Source: Azolla caroliniana (lineage: Eukaryota > Plantae > Polypodiophyta). From it: a stretch of 64,000 nt of DNA. Position 1 is the stretch's first letter. Each line of letters opens with the position of its first letter. Below the pieces are notes generated by a model. That model ran no database searches, was not told where the DNA came from, and saw only the letters and a program-made list of their open reading frames with translations. Location of the stretch: positions 11,284,001-11,348,000 of the forward strand of contig JBHGNT010000014.1 of NCBI GenBank assembly GCA_043228905.1, read 5' to 3'. Position numbers and translations under genes: made by a program. Below are positions 58,836 to 64,000 of this stretch, piece after piece.

Positions 58836-61702
58836 GTTGCACACTATGTGGAAATTATATTTTTGTCCCTCCGGATAGAGAATGGAGTGCTCGGTGAGAA
58901 CCGGAAGAAAACGGCATACCGGCAAGGAGGAAAAACGGCATACCGGCAAGGAGGAAAACGGCATACCGGCAAGGAGGAAAAACGGCATACCGGCAAGGAA
59001 GAGCCGGATAAAGAGACATAAATGTAAAAAGAAAGGAAATACTCACTACTGCGCAGGGCGTGATTCGAACTCTGCACCTCCACGTTGACAAACCCCAACC
59101 TTACCATTACATTAAATTATCTTAAGTGTTTTAAATATAGATTTAATATGTATAAGACCTTTATTTATGCATACCTTTATTAAAAGGTAAATCGTGTATT
59201 TCTTTAATATATGAAAAAGAAAAAGCACGAGACACTAAAAAAAAAATAACTCATGCACATCTAGCGTGCGTGAGCCCTATACTTAGGAAATAATAATAAT
59301 AAAAAAAAAAGCATCACATGCACATTTAGGGTGCATGAACATATGAGAAAAAGCATGTAGCTATGCTTAGTCTCTCCCATCACTATATAAGGATGGGGAG
59401 CACATTGTAGTGGTTGTTGATTATTTGGATTAAGAATTAATCAATACAAAAATTATTCGTGGGATTCACGATTTATACATCTACTTCTCTCTTAACACCC
59501 TAAGTACCAATTAATATAGTATACTCGTGTGATTCACGAGTTTCTTATCTTTCTCTTCGCTATTTATTCATAATTAATCTCTATCTCACGAACTTCTTTC
59601 TCCTAGTCCAAGACCTCTGTGGTTCCCACCCGACTCACGCAACGATCCGGAGCCGAAAGGCACGACAACGTTGATTGGGCCGGCTACAAAGCCGATAGAA
59701 GATCAACCTCCGGATTTGTTTTTCCCTCGGCAACGGAGCAATATCCTGGAGCAGCAAAAAGCAACCAACCGTCGCTCTTTCGAGCACAAAGGCAGAATAC
59801 AGGGGCGCGACAGTGGCCGCATGTGAAACCGTATGGCTCAAGAGGATTTTGAAGGATCTGGGCGTACCCATCAAGGATCCGACTTCCCTTTACTGCGACA
59901 ACATGAGCAGTATCTATCTGGCTCGGAACCCGGTGTTCCACGCGTAGACAAAGCACATCGAAGTGCATTATCACTTCATCTGAGAGCGCGTTCTAGCTGG
60001 CGATGTCGACCTACAACACATTAACACAAATCTTCAAACGATCAACATCTTCACTAAAGCCTTAGGAGCTGACAAGCTATGGCAATTCATGACCGATCTC
60101 GGATTGACGATCCCTGACCTGTCAAGCTTGAGGGGGAGTACTGAAGACACTACGCAATAACGCGTGGATTCCGCAACCGCGCAATGAAGCCGCGAAGAGC
60201 CGATCTACCGTGCAAAGTCGCGAAGAAATACGCAAGCCGAAGCACAGACTTCGCAACTACGCACAATGCAAGCTGGAGCACGGATTCCGCAACTCCGCAT
60301 AAATGCGAGTCGACGCAGACTCCGTAACGCGAGTCAAAGCGGATTTCGGATACCGTCTGAAACCGACCCGACTTGAGCTTGAGGGGGCGTATTAAGAATC
60401 AAGCTCAACTTGGTCTAGTGTGTGAACTCACCTTGAGAGTGAATAGACACTCCAACGGTCAAGAGTCACCATTATGTCACCACTTTGTATTCTAGCATTT
60501 AGTACGAGTCATAGAATCATATTCTATGACACATAACTTATGAGCTTTCACATTCCCCATGCTCCATGAGTCTTGTAGTTAATGAAGAGAGAGGGTGACT
60601 ATATAAAGCACCCTCCTCCCACCTTGTATAATGTTGAGTCTTTCTCCTTTGTTAATATACTTTACCTTGCGTATTCTCTGTGTCTTACTCCTTGTCTCTC
60701 TCACTCACTCTCTCTCTCTCATACACACAGAGAGTTCATATCTATTCCGCTGCACAGAATCCATCTCCTGATTCTTAACATTATAAAATGCAACATTAGA
60801 CCCATTTGTTGGTTGTTGAACCCATCCTTGATGAAAAAGGTTGCAAAGCACAAAATAATGCCTTATGCTATTCTCTCCAAAGAAGAGACATTGCCTCTAA
60901 CATAAAATGTCTTGTGGTTAAGATATTTTAAAAAGTGACCAAGGACCCAAACATTGATAAAGCTTGGTTTTGATGGATGCAAGATCAACCTTTTCAATAG
61001 TTATTTGTGGTACTAGATTATTACTAAATTAAGAGTTATTTGTAGGATTTTATATAGGCATGGAAGTTGAGGCTCTTTTCATTAGGAATCGGCAACGATT
61101 CGGTTTAGGCTTAGCCGGTTTGGCCTTATCCAAGCCAAAATGCTTAAGCATAAACCGTTTAATGGTTCTCAATCCTGAACTGAACTGATCCCTAAACTGG
61201 TTTAGGCTAAAACGGATTGTGAACCAGTTTGGAATATTGTAGCTTAACTGTTTGAAATATGTATCAAAACCTCCTAACCCTAAACCTTACATATCGTCAT
61301 TACCCAATAATATAGGTAGTGTTAGAACTCATGGAAGTATTCTATGAGAACAAAAAGTATTCTCATAAATGGTAAGTAAAGACAAGTGATGAAGATCAAA
61401 TAATATGTTCCGATAAAAACAACTAAAATGCTTAATGCTTTGTTTAACATTTCAATCTCTGAAGAATTAGTGAATTTAATGACAATTGAAACACATTATA
61501 AGGATCAAAATGTCTCTTTAGTACCTACTACCAACAATAGTACGAAAACTAAATCAATGACAAAAATTTAAAGAAAAACAAGACAAATGTCTCTTAGTTT
61601 ATAAAGGAGGAGAAAACATAAAGTGAGAAAAATGTAAATGTTTACTATTCCAAAAATGTAAGAAGTCATCAATTGTCCGAGTTGGTTGTATTCCAACCAT
61701 TT

Positions 61703-63400
61703 TCACTTGTCCAAGTACAAGTATTCAATAACATCAACCTCTGTCATCATCTGTTCTATATTGATATCTAAACTATTATAGGCATTATTAATATCTTTAG
61801 GTAGAGGAATGTTTACATTGTCAAGTAAATCTAACCAAGATCGTATGTACATCTCTACCTTGAAAGTGCATGAATGCAACCGGTGCCTATCTTCGAAGTT
61901 ATAACGAGCTTCGGAGCTAGCTTCCTCTGAAGGCACCAATGAAGCTGGAATTGCCAAATAATCACATGCCATTTTGTACATCCTTGGAAAAGTAGATATG
62001 TTTTAAATGACCAAAAAAGATAATGTCAAAATGTGTTTCTTAATTACCAACAATAGCAACAAATTTGTTTAATAAAACTTGATGAAACCTATTGGTAAAC
62101 CACCAATGTAGAGGGTCTATGGTAGTCTTGGCCTGTGGAAGCTTCACGAAATATTCAATTTCAGACCGGACTGATGATTCATGAGATTTCTCATTGTTGA
62201 TACACCAAAACTCCATATATTCAAATTGAGATCCTTCACATGCATCATTGGATGGAGAATCTTTGACATTAGGATCATGATATTCTGTTGTTAAAACAAT
62301 TTGCACCAACTCTACATCGAGGTCTCTCTCAATTGGATTTGCTGGTTTTGGAACTCTACATCCAAACATAAGACATTATTAGTAAGAAAAAAAGATTAAA
62401 AAAGGGAAATTTTCAATTAAAAAACATTAACACCGGGTCATTTGAAATAGGTAATATGTCGCATTCTCTTTAACATATCTTAGTGAGATGTTAAAAAATG
62501 CCTTATTTAAGCAGAATTTCAACAAGGCACGACGCATGTGTATGCGGTTTATGAAAACATAGCGAAAAAAAGAACTAACTAATATCACGTCAACAAAATC
62601 ATCCGACGTATATTCTATCTACCATGTTTTTGTCCAAATCTTAGACAGGGGTGTATTTGTCAACACAAGTATAATAGTAACACGGGTCCTTGTGCATATT
62701 CTAAAAAGCATGCCCCATTGAATAAGTGACTTCTTCTAATTATGTGTGTATATTTAAATATAATACATCTTAAAGAAAATTGTGAACCTTGCAATTATTG
62801 ACACGTGATACATGACACTGTCAATGTATAAATAAACTAGTCTACAATAACATTCCAATCATACGAGTAAATGATAGAGTATAAACTTATCTCCGATATA
62901 CCCCAAATGATAAAGGAGAGTTTAGATAACATGTACACATACAAGTATACTTAATTTCTAAGTTCAATGATTGTTACACGAAAATTATAAGTAAGCTCAA
63001 CTTATATATTACGTCAAAATTTAACAATTCATATTGTTCAAAATTTACAATAAGCCATAACCATTCAATCGAATAATAAGTCTGGTAAAGCCGTCTACTC
63101 AGGATTAGCTCTTTCATTCGGATTGTCCTCATTGGCTTCGTCAGTACGCTAAGTTGAATTGTTAGTATGTTCAGACTCTGAAACGTCTTCTAATTCAACA
63201 AGTTGCCCTGTGTCTTCATCTATAGTTCCACAAGTTTTCTAAAAGTCATCTGGAACATCTAAGTTTTATTGATATGCTTTGCCCCAACTTCTTGGTCTTG
63301 ATCAGGACAACCCCAGATACCTTGGATCCTCATTTTGATGACATTAACTTGCTCAAGGTCCTTCTCTAATGCAACAGAGTTCTTGATAATCTTTAAGGCG
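61703..63400 (-). pseudogene. hAT-superfamily transposase remnant (right boundary approximate)
   Basis: C-terminal dimerisation motifs SEIEYFVK...DPLHWW and MACDYLAIPASLVPSEEASS; AACCG/CGGTT-rich subterminal-like region near 61090-61230. Confidence 0.7.
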
Positions 63401-63574
63401 TATGTTTTAGTAGTACATGATAGTAGAATGAAATTGCACAGGTAACATCAAACTGAAGAATAGAATATAACGTTAATCTAAATTGATGTAAGTTTTATAT
63501 TATATACCTGTGTCAGAAAACTAATCTAAAACCCATTGAAATTTTGAAACAATAAAATTTGAAAAAATAAAAAA

Positions 63575-64000
63575 TCTTGGATTTTTAATTGGAATCGAAT
63601 GCGATGCACTAGATTTCAGTTGAAAATCCAAGTTTGTTTTTTTTTTTTGTAATTTTTAAAATTTTTTCCATTAAAAAATAAAAAATGGATTTTCAGTTAA
63701 AATACTATGCACTACATTATATTTTAGTATATATAGCTAGAATCTAATGCAATGCGTTGGATTAGAGTCGAAAATCCATTTTTCTTTTTTCTTTTTCCAA
63801 TGTTATTTATTTATTTATTTTCCATATAAAAAAATAATAAACGACTTTTCAACTGAAATCCGATACACTACATCAGATCGTAGTCAATACAGCTAGACAT
63901 TGATGCATTGCATCAGATTTTAGCTGGCAATCCTCTTTCTTTTCAATTGTTTTTCATTTTTTCAAAAAATAAATAAAAATATATTAAAAAAGTGGATTTC
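63575..64000. repeat. Array of degenerate palindromic units separated by T/A tracts (foldback/MITE-like)
   Basis: Recurrent TGGATTTT...AAAATCCA and GATGCA.TGCATC motifs in both orientations. Confidence 0.55.

Larger units (their letters stand above)
52311..59667 (+). mobile_element. Apparently intact Ty3/Gypsy G4 (DUF4100-type gag, non-chromovirus, Ylt1-like pol motifs)
   Basis: 845-bp LTRs 52311-53155 and 58823-59667 with no difference seen; TGTCGT...ACGACA termini; 4-bp TSD ACGT; PBS; PPT GGAGGGGGCGAG 58811-58822; two uninterrupted ORFs. Confidence 0.97.
51069..60780 (+). mobile_element. 5'-truncated Ty1/Copia C5 (RT-RH remnant plus 3' LTR 60390-60780), interrupted by G4
   Basis: RT: YKARLVAKGY, QMDVKNAFL, YVDD; RH YTD/VDWAG split by G4; PPT GAGGGGGCG 60381-60389; LTR TATTAAGAATCA...TGATTCTTAACA. 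Confidence 0.9.

Overview
Eukaryotic nuclear DNA from a land plant. The TE lineages (DUF4100-type Gypsy, Athila-like elements, a chromovirus) suggest a non-seed plant such as a fern, lycophyte or bryophyte; this is inference only. About 80% of the window is nested LTR retrotransposons. From 1 to 41.8 kb there is a five-level nest: a DUF4100-type Gypsy remnant (G5) holds Copia C3, which holds Athila-like G1 (5482-37895, TSD CACAC), which holds Athila-like G2, which holds chromovirus G3. Copias C1 and C2, a near-intact Copia C4 and two solo LTRs are also in this nest. A small gene island follows, with an 8-exon Ran GTPase (+) and a convergent TOM9/TOM22 (-). Next come a 5'-truncated Copia C5 interrupted by an apparently intact, very young Gypsy G4 (52311-59667), and hAT remnants. 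Most notable observations: (1) two otherwise unalignable LTR types share an antisense tRNA-like Pol III cassette (A box, B box, T-run), analogous to the 5S domain in Cassandra LTRs; (2) G4 has a -1 frameshift signal (slippery heptamer plus predicted pseudoknot) between protease and RT; (3) several elements have an intact 3' end and a truncated 5' end, and two of them are flanked by 207-bp and 129-bp target duplications; (4) G4 strongly avoids CAG/CTG; (5) both Athila-like elements carry a long extra coiled-coil ORF behind an A-tract. Element names (C1-C5, G1-G5) are my own labels. All alignments and counts were done by eye.
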